A stretch of DNA of 58,233 bases, filler included, from Porpidia crustulata (taxonomy: Eukaryota), in assembly GCA_964255105.1 (NCBI GenBank). It is 4 parts of 4 records of this genome, joined end to end, with 100 filler letters (N's around TTAATTAATTAA, not from the genome) between each part and the next. Parts side by side here need not be neighbours in the genome. Positions count along the whole stretch, not along the records: positions 14,606 to 29,086 come from CAXUWE010000374.1; positions 29,187 to 43,663 come from CAXUWE010000375.1; 2 more parts are not named here. The stretch is one strand, 5' to 3'. Within the stretch, counting starts at the first letter, position 1. The number at the start of each line of letters is the position of its first letter. The translations under genes were made by a program, and so were the position numbers. The notes under the pieces were generated by a model, which did no database searches, was not told where the DNA came from, and was given only the letters and a program-made list of their open reading frames with translations. Of this stretch, positions 25,393-36,361 are shown in pieces.

Positions 25393-28300
25393 ATGCGCGC
25401 AGAAGTTCTTTCAGCAGTGTCGAGCGATACCGTTACATCATACCTCAATTTTAACGAAATACCTACAAGGTCCAAAGCCTCTCCTCGATCCAGTTCAAGC
25501 GCCTCCGTATACAGCAGACCGTCTGACGAGACCTCACCCGAATCAGGCTTTAAGCCGTACACGACTTCCAGCAGCTATAATAATCCTATAAGGGCGACTG
25601 CGACCATATTCGATGCAGGATATCAACGAACCTCCCCATCCACTTGGAATTGGCCTTCCCCGAGCTTTGCTGACCCCAGTGATGACTCATGGCGTGAGCG
25701 TTTGGCGGCTAAAGACTTTTCTACGAAGCCAGAGGAGATCTTAGACTCTATTCTAGAACCGTGTCCCAAGGAGTTGATTCACACGATGACCGAGATCCTC
25801 CTATCTCCAGACAGTTCCGATTGTTCGATGGACTTCAGCGGGTTCGGTGGGCACCGAGATACTTTTGCCATGCTAGGCTTGTCCCGCTCAAGACGCTCTA
25901 TCGACTTGCCTTTCCACTTTTTTCAACGCCTTGTAGAATATATCGATTTCGAAACTTATCTTTCCGCCCGTCTTTGTTGCCGCAGCTGGTCAAAAGCCAT
26001 CTCTCATGCTCGGCCATTGAGAGTTCTGGCTGTGGCAGTCTTACCCGACGAATTGCTCGTGCAGATCTACACACACCTATCTCCGGTTGATTTCAATGCC
26101 GCCAGACATACGTGCCGTTCATGGATGATGGCTAGCCTTGAGTGGGAGCTGTTGACGGTGATGCTGAAGCGAGGTAATTGGTGGGCGGCTGCGGAAGCGG
26201 ACATGGCAGTGGATGAAGCATTAGGGATGGAGAGACTGACCCTCAGCGATGAATGGTTATTGAGTAAGAGGCTATCTACCGAGTGTTCTTTACGGGCTGA
26301 TTGGACTGGGGATGGCTTTAGAAGGTCGTCAGTCACCTCGGCCATTAAGCTGTATGACAACCGGTCACCCCCAACGGCAACACGCCACAATCCGAACAGT
26401 CTTACATTAGTATCTAAGGTCGACTTTTCTGAGCTGACCCATGTGTACAGCATGATGGGGTTACGCGAGTGTACGACTGCTCTTGGTTTTACGGTCAGCG
26501 TTTACAACAAATTCCTCCTGGTGCACGAAGATTGTACCATTTACGTCTATACCCTCAAACACAAAGCATTATCCACAGTCGTTCATAACGGTGTCTCCCT
26601 CGAATTTATGACTAGCATCATCTGCCCCTACCCCGTCCTTGCTGTGAGTATGGACACATCTTACGAGCGATTTGCCGTTGCTGCGCTACTAGAAGGGCGT
26701 ATGAGTCTCATCTATAATCTCTACAACGATGTCGTTGTTAGAAGGCGTCCGACAATCCCATGGCGCCCTGCAATTTCCAAATCAGAAACGTTGAACAACC
26801 CGGATATACATACCATTCGCCCTTACGTCCATCGAGCCATTGAAGAATCAGATCTTCCCGAAGTAGGCAGCAATTCGACTGGACGAACATCCCGGCAGCG
26901 ACTCGACTCGAGGCATAATTCATCCACCAGTCCCAATTTCCCCACCGAGTCTGCTCCTACTGGTATTCCACGACGGCTGCTGAGCAATCTTTGCTCTCCC
27001 TCGTCTCCTCCACTTAGTATAGCAATCTGCCCGAAACGTCGGTGCGTTGCCTTTGGCTCTGCCACAGGTATTGAAATACATTGGGCTGATGCATTGAGTG
27101 GCCAACTCAACAACCGTCATTATTCAATTACCAGTTGTAGTGAGGTGCTCCATTTTATGCCACCAAGACTAGGCGGTGATCTCGCAAAAGAGTTCAGGCT
27201 CATCACCAGTGCGAAAAATGTGGCGAGCAGTAGAGAAGCAGTCAACCAGCATTTTCCGAGTAGGACAGGAACAGGTAAAAACACGGATGTTGAGATGAAA
27301 CCCGATTTTGATCAAGCAATCCCTCTCAGTGACGGCAGACATCTCCTTTTCACCTACCCACGGACTGGGCAGCTCTCGCTTGGGCACGAAGTTCCCGCTT
27401 CCGTTCCAGGAGAGACAAACCTTAGAACAAGAGCTGTCTTCCTTGGACCAAGAGATAAGAACGGGGAATGGAAGGTACCCAAAATTTACAAGGCTGCGGT
27501 AGAGCTGAGTTGGGGTGTCAGAATCGTCGTCGGATATGAAAATGCGGTATGGCTGTTCTCCGTGCCGCCTGATTTGTTCTTCTCGAAAATCGATTGTATG
27601 AAGTGTGGGGACGGATATGACAACGCAGGAAATTGTTGGCCTCTCCGCGTGCAAGGTATTGAAGTCGGGACCATTCAAGGCTTAATCGAGGTCGCCATTG
27701 ATGCGGACGGCGGTGGTATTACTATCTGGGCTTTTGGAGCGGAAGGTAAGGCACAGATGTATCAACTCGGCGATGGACGACGACGCGAGGTACGACGGAA
27801 ATTGATTCTCTGCACCGGGGAAGTCGTCGACGAGCAGGATTCAGATGGCGATGTCTACATGCGAGGCACCGAGGCACCAGTCCCTATCGCAAGAGCCGAC
27901 ACTTTCGACTCCCCGTCGCCCATTTACCCTGCAAGAGTCAACTCCAGGGGCTTCTCGGACCCTATCTACCCTGGACGATCGAAATCGTGGGGTTTCTCAT
28001 CCCCCAACCTCCTCGAAAGAATAAACTCCCTCGGACGCCTGTCCCGTGGCGGATCCTTTGCCTTCCCATCCGCCGGGGGGCAAGCCTTATTCTACGCCGC
28101 CGGCAACACCACTAAAATCACGTATTTCGACGAGCCCGTTCCGGTCTCGCACTTCACCGCCGCCGGCCCGCTCCCGTTGCTGCCGATCCCGCCGGACAAC
28201 CCGGACACGGTCATGCTGGATGCTCCCCCGGTGCCGGAAGACGAGGGTTACGTCTCGGACGCTGGCGGGTCGGATGTGTCCATGCCGAACGCGCCGGCCT

Positions 28301-28551
28301 ACGGGGAAGATGACGACGATGACGAGGGATACGTGTCGGCCAAGGAAGAGCAAAGCAGGCAAACCGGCGGCATCTTTGGCACGACTCCAACGCCGAGGAC
28401 ACGCAGCCGTGAGGATGGGGGTTGGATGTCGGATTATATGGGCGTCAGAGATTCCATAAGGTCCGAGGGAGATGGCGGCGAAAGGGCGACGGGCGATGAG
28501 TTGGATGTGCTGGGGGAGCCGAATTTGGAGTTGGAGATTCTGGGAGGTTGA
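25393..28551 (+). CDS. F-box protein (two tandem F-box-like motifs, probable beta-propeller region, acidic disordered tail)
   Basis: Intronless 1052-aa ORF; LPFHFFQRLVEYIDFETYLSARLCCRSW and LPDELLVQIYTHLSPVDFNAARHTCRSW; VLAVSMDTS..FAVAALLEGR; SIAICPKRRCVAFGSATGIEIHW. Confidence 0.82.
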   Translation: MRAEVLSAVSSDTVTSYLNFNEIPTRSKASPRSSSSASVYSRPSDETSPESGFKPYTTSSSYNNPIRATATIFDAGYQRTSPSTWNWPSPSFADPSDDSWRERLAAKDFSTKPEEILDSILEPCPKELIHTMTEILLSPDSSDCSMDFSGFGGHRDTFAMLGLSRSRRSIDLPFHFFQRLVEYIDFETYLSARLCCRSWSKAISHARPLRVLAVAVLPDELLVQIYTHLSPVDFNAARHTCRSWMMASLEWELLTVMLKRGNWWAAAEADMAVDEALGMERLTLSDEWLLSKRLSTECSLRADWTGDGFRRSSVTSAIKLYDNRSPPTATRHNPNSLTLVSKVDFSELTHVYSMMGLRECTTALGFTVSVYNKFLLVHEDCTIYVYTLKHKALSTVVHNGVSLEFMTSIICPYPVLAVSMDTSYERFAVAALLEGRMSLIYNLYNDVVVRRRPTIPWRPAISKSETLNNPDIHTIRPYVHRAIEESDLPEVGSNSTGRTSRQRLDSRHNSSTSPNFPTESAPTGIPRRLLSNLCSPSSPPLSIAICPKRRCVAFGSATGIEIHWADALSGQLNNRHYSITSCSEVLHFMPPRLGGDLAKEFRLITSAKNVASSREAVNQHFPSRTGTGKNTDVEMKPDFDQAIPLSDGRHLLFTYPRTGQLSLGHEVPASVPGETNLRTRAVFLGPRDKNGEWKVPKIYKAAVELSWGVRIVVGYENAVWLFSVPPDLFFSKIDCMKCGDGYDNAGNCWPLRVQGIEVGTIQGLIEVAIDADGGGITIWAFGAEGKAQMYQLGDGRRREVRRKLILCTGEVVDEQDSDGDVYMRGTEAPVPIARADTFDSPSPIYPARVNSRGFSDPIYPGRSKSWGFSSPNLLERINSLGRLSRGGSFAFPSAGGQALFYAAGNTTKITYFDEPVPVSHFTAAGPLPLLPIPPDNPDTVMLDAPPVPEDEGYVSDAGGSDVSMPNAPAYGEDDDDDEGYVSAKEEQSRQTGGIFGTTPTPRTRSREDGGWMSDYMGVRDSIRSEGDGGERATGDELDVLGEPNLELEILGG

Positions 28552-29010
28552 ACATTGCGGCTGGGAGCGATGGGTTCTTGATGTTAGCGGTAGAGGATTT
28601 TTGGCGTAGCACTGTCGATTTCAATGTACGTTACTTATTATTAAGACACTTCGATGATATCGGATTTTTCTCCGGGTGTCAAAACTCGGTCTTGACGAAT
28701 CTTCCTTTTCAGAGAAAAAGAGAAGAAGAAAGATAATCTGATCGTCAGAGATTTTGTGAACTGCGAAGAAGATGACGATGCGAATGCAAAAGGCGACGAG
28801 TTGGATGTACGCGGGGAACCGGGGCTGAAGCTGGAGATTCTGGGAGGTTAAGACATTGACAGTTCGGAGCGATGGTTGTCCTTTTTGATGGTGATGGTGA
28901 TGGTGATGGTAGAGGGTCTTGCGTAATACCATCGTTTTTTAAGTACGTTACTTATTATTAAATCTTCAACATCGCCGGTTATTCTCCAGTGTTGAACTTC
29001 GGTCTTGACG
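28432..29010 (+). repeat. Diverged tandem duplication (300-bp period at its start) of the last 40 codons and 3' flank of the F-box gene
   Basis: Copy 1 about 28432-28697, copy 2 about 28732-29010. Shared blocks GTCAGAGATT, GAGTTGGATGT, TGGAGATTCTGGGAGGTT, GTACGTTACTTATTATTAA, TCGGTCTTGACG. Confidence 0.88.
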
Positions 29011-29086
29011 GGACTTTTTTGTGGAGGAGGGGAGGAGGGAAGGTGTAGATCCCAAGTGACGACAACGGTGTCGGATGATCTATGAT

Positions 29087-29186
29087 NNNNNNNNNNNNNN
29101 NNNNNNNNNNNNNNNNNNNNNNNNNNNNNNTTAATTAATTAANNNNNNNNNNNNNNNNNNNNNNNNNNNNNNNNNNNNNNNNNNNN
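29087..29186. other. Artificial contig linker N44-TTAATTAATTAA-N44
   Basis: Same 100-nt structure as at 14506. Confidence 0.97.
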
Positions 29187-29267
29187 TAATGGGATAATAT
29201 TGATTTGATAATTAGTTCTATATCGAAGGGACTGCCACGGAGCGGAAAGTGAAAGACTTTTTATTAT

Positions 29268-30934
29268 CTAGGCCGCATGGTTGTTGGTCCCCTCCGCACT
29301 CCCTTCCCCGTCCAAACCCTCCCTTGTCTTCGAACTGATTTCATCGGTCCACTATCACAATCAGCACATCATCTTCCAAACACAATCAAACCCCAAAACC
29401 CCCAGAACACACGGACCTTTTTCAACTCATCCATAGCATTTGCCATACCGTCATCATCATCGGTATTATCCTTGGCCAGCAGCTCCTTGAACAAATCGAG
29501 CTTGTATTTCAGTTTCTGGAACGCCTCGGTCCACTCGGTGTTTTTGGTGGTTAGGAGGAGATTTTCGCTGGCGACGATGATGGCGTGGGCTTGGGTGAGG
29601 GTTGATTCCCGTGATTTTTCGACGATGGTTTGGAGGGGTTTGGTGGACTTGTGTATGGGTTGTTAGTGGATTTTTGCGGTTGTGGTTTTTGGTGAACCGT
29701 ACCTCGCGCAGGTTGTCGCTTGCTTGTTGTATTGTTTCGGTGTCGTTGATATTTACGTGTAGAGCTATTTTGAGGCTTTTGATCCGTCGACCGATCCTAT
29801 CGGCGTCATCGCTGTCGAGGTCAGTTTGGTGAGCGGTCATTTTTGTGTTAACCTTCGTGAGAAGCTCTTTAGCGTCGTTGATGATGCTCAAAGCTTCGGC
29901 CTTTTGCTCCTCTAGGATACCTTGCTGTTGTGCCCAATACTCATTGATTTCCGCGGAATAATTGGTGGACTTGTAGTCAAGCTCCCATTCCTTCATGTGT
30001 CGATCGACTCGATCGAGGTACTTTTTCATTATTTCATCCCGCTGAGGATGCCCGGGGAAGTGCACGAGTAAATGACCGGGTTGAACTTGAAACGACTTAG
30101 TTGTCTCGTCGCCGCCCTCGATCCAGATTGCGTTGATCCATCTTTGTGGTAGTAGTGAATAATTCTTTTTGAAGTGCCTCTCTTCGAGGACGCTTACCAA
30201 CGCTGATTGGTCACGATATTGAAGTTCTGCATATGGCCGATACATCCTGTAAGCCACCACTGCAGATAGTAATTCCACCGACCACGGATGGACCTTGATG
30301 AAGAAGACTCCATTATTCAGACCATGGGGATCTGCGGTTACCAGTAGATGAAGATGAGAAAATTCGGCTGGAGGTAAGAATATGTTCAGCGGGATATTGG
30401 GGTTCAATATAATAGTGTCTGCATCGACCCACCTAGGCAATGTTAGCATCTTGCAAGTCGATCATCTGGCCCGGCGCACATCAGCCATTTGAGACGATGT
30501 CCTTCGGGCTTCCTCATCTCTTCGAGAAGTACCGCAAGGATGTACGCTGGCTTACTCCAGGTGTCGTCAAGGATTCGATGGCGGAGAGCGTGTAGCGAAT
30601 AGCCGTGACGTCGATTATGGTCTTTGTGCGTCTGTAACGCTCGAAGCAATGTCGGATCATTGCCCTGAAATATCGCCGTTACTTTTCCAATAAGTGATCC
30701 CGCTCCCTCGCCGCCGCCGGACTCAAGCGGTAGAATTAAGTCATGTGGGTGAGTGTAGTGATCAGAGAACGAGATCAAAGAGGGCTTCGAGAAAATTGAC
30801 CCGAATCCTTTGGCACTGGGGACAGTCGATGGTTCTGACACATCATAACTTGATATTCTGATCAATTCGAAATATACAAAAAGAGCGGCCACGGTAGTGC
30901 CCGCTATCCTGACAGCACCGAGACTCGGAAACAT
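29268..30934 (-). CDS. GT34 (GMA12/MNN10-like) glycosyltransferase with a helical C-terminal extension (exons 30934-30480, 30432-29703, 29647-29417, 29351-29268)
   Basis: N-terminal membrane anchor; WSKPAYIL; KWLMWVDADTIILNPNIPLNIFLP (DxD motif); GLNNGVFFIKVHPWS; DQSAL; LPQRWIN; LLVHFPG. The last two exons are inferred from splice signals. Confidence 0.85.
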
Positions 30935-32324
30935 TGAGAATCACGACTTGAGAACATGAACATTGACAGGTGGATAGCAACATCATCACAGTATTGACCA
31001 CTTCAGCATTCCTCGCAAAGTAGAGATGAGCAAGGGATTGATAACGACGCGGTCCGTTGAATTTCCGACTCGCCAAAATCACCCACGAAAGCACGTGATT
31101 GCAACAGGAAGTCGGCGAAGCTGGCCGTTGGGCCGGCTTCAACATCGTTGTTGTATTTAACTCATCCTGCATGATTCGGTCCTCTGGGCTTATCACCACA
31201 AACATGTCGTCAACAACTAGGGACATGAAGCGCTTGGACGGCAGGTTCGGGTTTCGCAAAGCGTTCCGACGCATTGCAAAGCATTACGAAATGGACTTTT
31301 ATGAAAATTGTACTGAATACCAGCCACTCATCTTCCTTCTTAAGTCCCCGAGCAAAGAAATCCAAGGCGTTTCAAGTGACAAGCGGCCAATCGGGTCTTG
31401 AATAGTGGGAGCTTCCTGGAGGTCTAGTTGTTGAAGAGTTGTTGAGGCAGACGTTGAACGACCGACGAGGTGCAGATGACTATGAAAAGCGAACAACCGC
31501 TGCAAGCCTTGCAGACCAATCATAATGACGGTGCACGTCAATTGAACTGCCATACGGAATGATGCCCAGAAAGAAGGACTCGCTATCAGAATGATTTCCG
31601 CTGCCATGATTACCAACACAGCGGCACGAGCGGGTTAAGGACTAGCGTGGGCGATCACGATCTGGATCGGGATGACACGCTTTGATCAATTGGGACACTC
31701 TGAGAACTAGCAACGAATCATAGCGAGTGACCAATACCTTATCATGCAAGCCATTCTATTCCAGCTGGCGGCAGAGATTCGTGGGATCGAAAGTGGAAAT
31801 GCGCTGCTGCATTCGGGAACTGGCTGGTCCGTGCTGGGAAGATGGTGGGGGATCTCGATCAGCTCTAGCGTGAATCGGTGTTCTTTACACGGCTGGAACC
31901 TCATCCGAATGTCAAAATCCTCCAGGGTTGTCAAGCGTTGTCAAGGGTTCTTCATGTTGCGTCAGGACTTAAAGCCAATCGGGCCCATCGTGAGCTAAAT
32001 CAAATGTCTAAACCATGCTTTCCAGTGACGCCACTGTTTTAATGAATACACCAGCCAGAGCTGGACTCACCAAGCCCACCGGAACGAACAATTTCTGGGC
32101 CCGTGTCCTGCAAAAAGTCGCTGGCCGAGCTGTGCCTGCGACAATTGCAACTATGAATCCTACATATACTCGACATGCTCATCAGCCTCTCGCGTGATTT
32201 CTATTACTTCCTTGACGTCTCGATAATTTGAGCCTCAGCAACTATACCTGTCAGCATACGCGCCGATGAACCACCAAATACATCCTTCGCCTTGTGTTTA
32301 GTAGATTGAGACACGCGAGCCAGT

Positions 32325-34680
32325 ATGCCTCAACCCTTCACAGACATGGCGGCACGGCCAAGCCTGCAGCAGAGGCCGATTTCTGTTGGAAGGAATGGCA
32401 TACCTCTTTTCGGCAATGCCACGAGTAGAAGCTCGTCGCCAGCTAATCCTGGACGCCGAATCACTAAATTGAACCTGTATTTGCAGCGTTTGGCTGCTAA
32501 TAGTGCCGAACAGCTTGAACGTGGGTCTATTCTTGGTGTTAATACTCGTGTCACAAATATCAAACGCTGGGATGGCAATCAAAGAACGACCACCAATTGG
32601 GATGGTCTCAGAAGGGTATGTTCTGACAGAACATCTCATCAATCGCTGTATGAGTATACTCAGCTAAGGCGGTCAAATGAAACAGGATCCCGAGCTATGG
32701 TTTCCAAATGGTGACTGCTTGATACATCTATACGAACGTGGTCAGTCCCGAAGAGGAGCTTCAATGCGGCTCTCGCTTGCAGCGATCGAGTCGAGCAATT
32801 GCAGACCTCTCCTTGAGCAATGCTGTGCCGAAGCTGTGCCCGAAGATCCGCAGCCCAACAGATTCAGTGTTGTATCATCTGCTGAAGGTTCTTTCGTGGA
32901 TCCGTCGCTTCCCGCCAAGTATGAACTTTATATTCCGGCACCAAGCCACTTGACCAGAGAAGAGGCGTTCCGGTATCATCTGACGACTCGAAATTTCTTC
33001 GCATGGATGTTCGAGAAGCCCATGGTTGGAGACCGATTGGGTGACGCATTAATCGCCCTTTTCACCAGAATGAACGAGTTTCGGCCAGACGAAGAGGAAA
33101 ATCAAGACGATATCCTAGCCTACCTGGATGGTCAAGACTATACGGATTTCCGTAATTGTCCGGACCACGCCCTGGCTGTTCTCCAATTCGCAGAGCGTTT
33201 CGAATATCGCGAGCTATGGACAGATGCCTTTGTCCATTGCGCTGGGATGAACGAAGATCTGTCGGGGAGTGCGGAGTTCGAGGTAAGTTTTGAGTATAAA
33301 ATTGTAGGTGAGCGTCGTCTAATTTTTGAATAGTTTGTATCGCGTACAACGAAAGCCTTAATCACGCGGGCCCACCTGGAGATGCAACTACGTCTTGAAC
33401 ACTCGGGTAAGGCTCTTGGAAATTTCTTGGAAGATCACGTATCTGGCGCATGCTTGGGTCTTGGAAACGATGCACAAATCCATCTGGAACGATTCCGATC
33501 ATTCCTCCACTCCTATTATGTCGGAAAATATGGGTACTGGCCGCCTCCTGAAAGCAAAGAGAACTCAACAGCCTTCCCTAAAACTATCTATCGCTCGATG
33601 TATTTCGAATTCCGAAGACTTTACGAATATCTAGTCGACACAGAGTCAACCTCATCCATGCTAGACAACAGGCATGCCGACGGCGGGATATGTGTCTTGC
33701 AAAATATACAAGTATTTGACAGGAGACGCAGATACACCTCACTGCCTCACCCTCTTCCATTGGTACCAGAGATCCCAGACGAGATGCAGCACCAAAAGTC
33801 TAATGGAATATCAAAGTTGTTCAGCAATCGACAAGCCAAATCAGAGCGCCGTGCAGTAGCATTGGTCGCTCTATCTGCAGCTACTAATCCTAGTGATCTA
33901 AGACTTGTGGAGTGTGGTCTTGTCCGCGAGTACCTCCGATTTGAAAAATCCTGGACAATAAAGGAAGAAGAGACAGTGACCTGCGCCGACGCTCGAAAAG
34001 TCCGCTGGATTCTCCTTTATGCAATTTTGCAGACTCTTATTTCTGTCACTCGGGCCCCGAAAGAAGTCAGAGATACGGAAGGTATATCCTATCCTTTGTG
34101 CTGCCAGATTGCCGGCACACCACCATGGGAGTATGGAGAAAAGAATTCTAAGATTACGACAAACGCACCAGTCATTGAGGTTCAAAAGGTCAAGAATATC
34201 ATCGAAATAAGGCCTGACACCGACTACACTGTTCTGAAGCCAAAACCCTTACCACCAAAGAAAATTCATCGGGCACTATCATTACCACTGTCCCTACCTC
34301 GGAAAGTTTCAATTGGCCACGATCTAACTCTCAATTCGCCACAGCTTGTCAAAGCTGGTCACTGCGAGATACTTATTGAAGGCTACGGCAATGGGATGAA
34401 CAACACTGACGCTGATTCAGTCCACTCGGATCCAAGCACTCCATCTAGTGGTACTGGTGGAGCAGGCAGTAGCGGATGGAGTACAAACTCTAGCGAAGAT
34501 GATATGGAACATGGAAGTGTGAGTGGAGGCGTTAGTCTTAGTTGTTATGGAGATGATGAGGCGGAGTTCGACACCGAGCCGAGCTCAGAAGATTCTCTCA
34601 CTCCAACGAAGAAGGTTTCTGTGGATAGCTTTTACCCAGACCAGTTTAATCCGGAGGTTGATCGCTATGTCTGGTCTTAG
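32325..34680 (+). CDS. Conserved fungal hypothetical protein (exons 32325-32615, 32686-33282, 33334-34680)
   Basis: Three ORF pieces join in frame over GTATGT..CAG and GTAAGT..TAG introns. Globular-looking blocks WDGLRRDPELWFPNGDCLIHLYERGQSRRG, YHLTTRNFFAW, LWTDAFVHCAGM, DARKVRWILLYAILQTL. Function not recognised. Confidence 0.8.
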
Positions 34681-34883
34681 CTTCTATTCATCTTTGTTGG
34701 CTTAGCGATGGCGTTCATTGGAAAGCAAAGGGCTAATGTGGATCATTTTGAATCTTTTGCGTCAGATATCCACCTCCTGCACATAGTATCTTAGCTCATG
34801 AACATAATTTAATTTTCCTGATTTCGAAAATCGAGCTTATCGCGGGAGTATTGTAAATGTGTCTATGTTCGACACCCCCTCGA

Positions 34884-34889
34884 CCGAGG
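34884..34889. promoter_or_regulatory. FarA/FarB-type CCGAGG site upstream of the peroxisomal SDR
   Basis: CCGAGG about 190 bp upstream of ATG 35078. A single hexamer could occur by chance. Confidence 0.35.
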
Positions 34890-35077
34890 CATATGAGAAG
34901 ATTGTAATCACCCGACCGGCATCTAAGATGTGATCCAAAATTCTCGCATGGCTATGTGTAGGCTGATCGCTATAAAATTAAGAAAATCAAATTGCGAAAC
35001 CTGTTCTGATCACCCTTTCAAATGATCTTTCATATTTAAAGGCACATAGAAATTCTCGCTCAAGTCGAGGGCCAATC

Positions 35078-36171
35078 ATGACATCGCCGACCCAGGTCGC
35101 CTTGGTAGTGGGTGCCTCGAGAGGGATAGGACGCCAGATTGCCATTGATCTCGCGAAGCACGGCTACAAAGGTACATGAAGGACAAGAAATCTTCTCAAA
35201 AGCTAATATCATCCGCAGTGGTTGTAGCAGCTAAAACGACCTCGGACGCTTCCACCCTTGTTTCGTTTCCGCCAGACCCCAATTCCTCTGCCTCTACTAT
35301 TAATACCGTGGAGAGAGAGATTCGAGAAGTAGGTGGAGATGCTACAGCCATCGAAGTCGACACGCGAGACTTCACCAGTGTACAAGCTCTAGTGGACCGA
35401 ACCGTCGGGACATATGAACGCCTGGACGTACTGGTGTACAATTCCGGAGCGATTTGGTGGGCATCGGTTGAGGACACGCCCATGAGGCGATTCCAGCTCA
35501 TGCAGAAAGTCAACCCCGAGGGACTCTACGGGACAGTTCAAGCAGCCTTACCACAGTTTAAACGCAATGGCTGGAAGGGTCGCATTATTGTTGTATCTCC
35601 ACCCATTTACTCTCGATTTTTCAAGGGCAAGACTGCGTATGCTATGGGGAAGGTGGGCATGACCGTGCTGACGAAGGGTCTGGCAATGGACTTTGAACGA
35701 GAAGGCAGGAATGAGATGGCAATAACCAGCATATGGCCCGCTACGGTATATCTGTGCAAACTCCTTTGTGAATAGAGAATTACTGATATTTACAATACTA
35801 TAAGATGGTAGAGTCTGCCGCCTCCGTACTGGTTGCCTCCAAAGATCCTTTGGTAGTACGCGATATCCGAAAACCTGTAAGGACTTGAACGTTGTTGCGT
35901 TCGACTACTCACATCGCTACAGACCATATTCTCAGATGCAATCCTTGCGATCCTTAAGGCGCCGACAAGCGTGGTCAACGGCCTTGTTGATCTCGACGAG
36001 GACTTTCTCCGGAGATACGGCGGCGTATCCGACTTCTCAAAGTACTCTGTCGTCAAAGGCTCCGACCCTCGGCGGATCATGCCTAAAAGCTTCCCCATTC
36101 TGACCGTTGAGGAGCAGGATGACCAGGGGAGACGTGTGAATAGTATGGATGTGAGAACAGCCAAGCTCTAA
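35078..36171 (+). CDS. Peroxisomal short-chain dehydrogenase/reductase, HSDL2-like (exons 35078-35171, 35219-35745, 35805-35876, 35923-36171)
   Basis: VALVVGASRGIGRQIA Rossmann motif; VAAKT; LDVLVYNSGAI; VVSPP; YAMGK (YxxxK); SIWPAT; RKPTIFSDA; DEDFLR; C-terminal AKL (PTS1). Confidence 0.88.
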
Positions 36172-36361
36172 TTTCGCAGATGGAATGTATTTCCGGCCAA
36201 TCTCGTCTGGAATGGCGGTTTCCCGGAGAATGCATTCTTCACGGAAACAACGTATATGAGATGAGCCTCTATTTAAATCTCTTACCTTTTCAATAGTTTC
36301 GCCGTCTCTGTTGCGTGCGAAACTTGACTCGTACTAACCGTTTTCTCCATCGTCATTTCCA

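Noticed and set aside
28621..28932. Minus-strand ORF with a His7 run
   Set aside because: Arises from the (GATGGT)n microsatellite in the duplicated 3' flank; the rest has no coding character.
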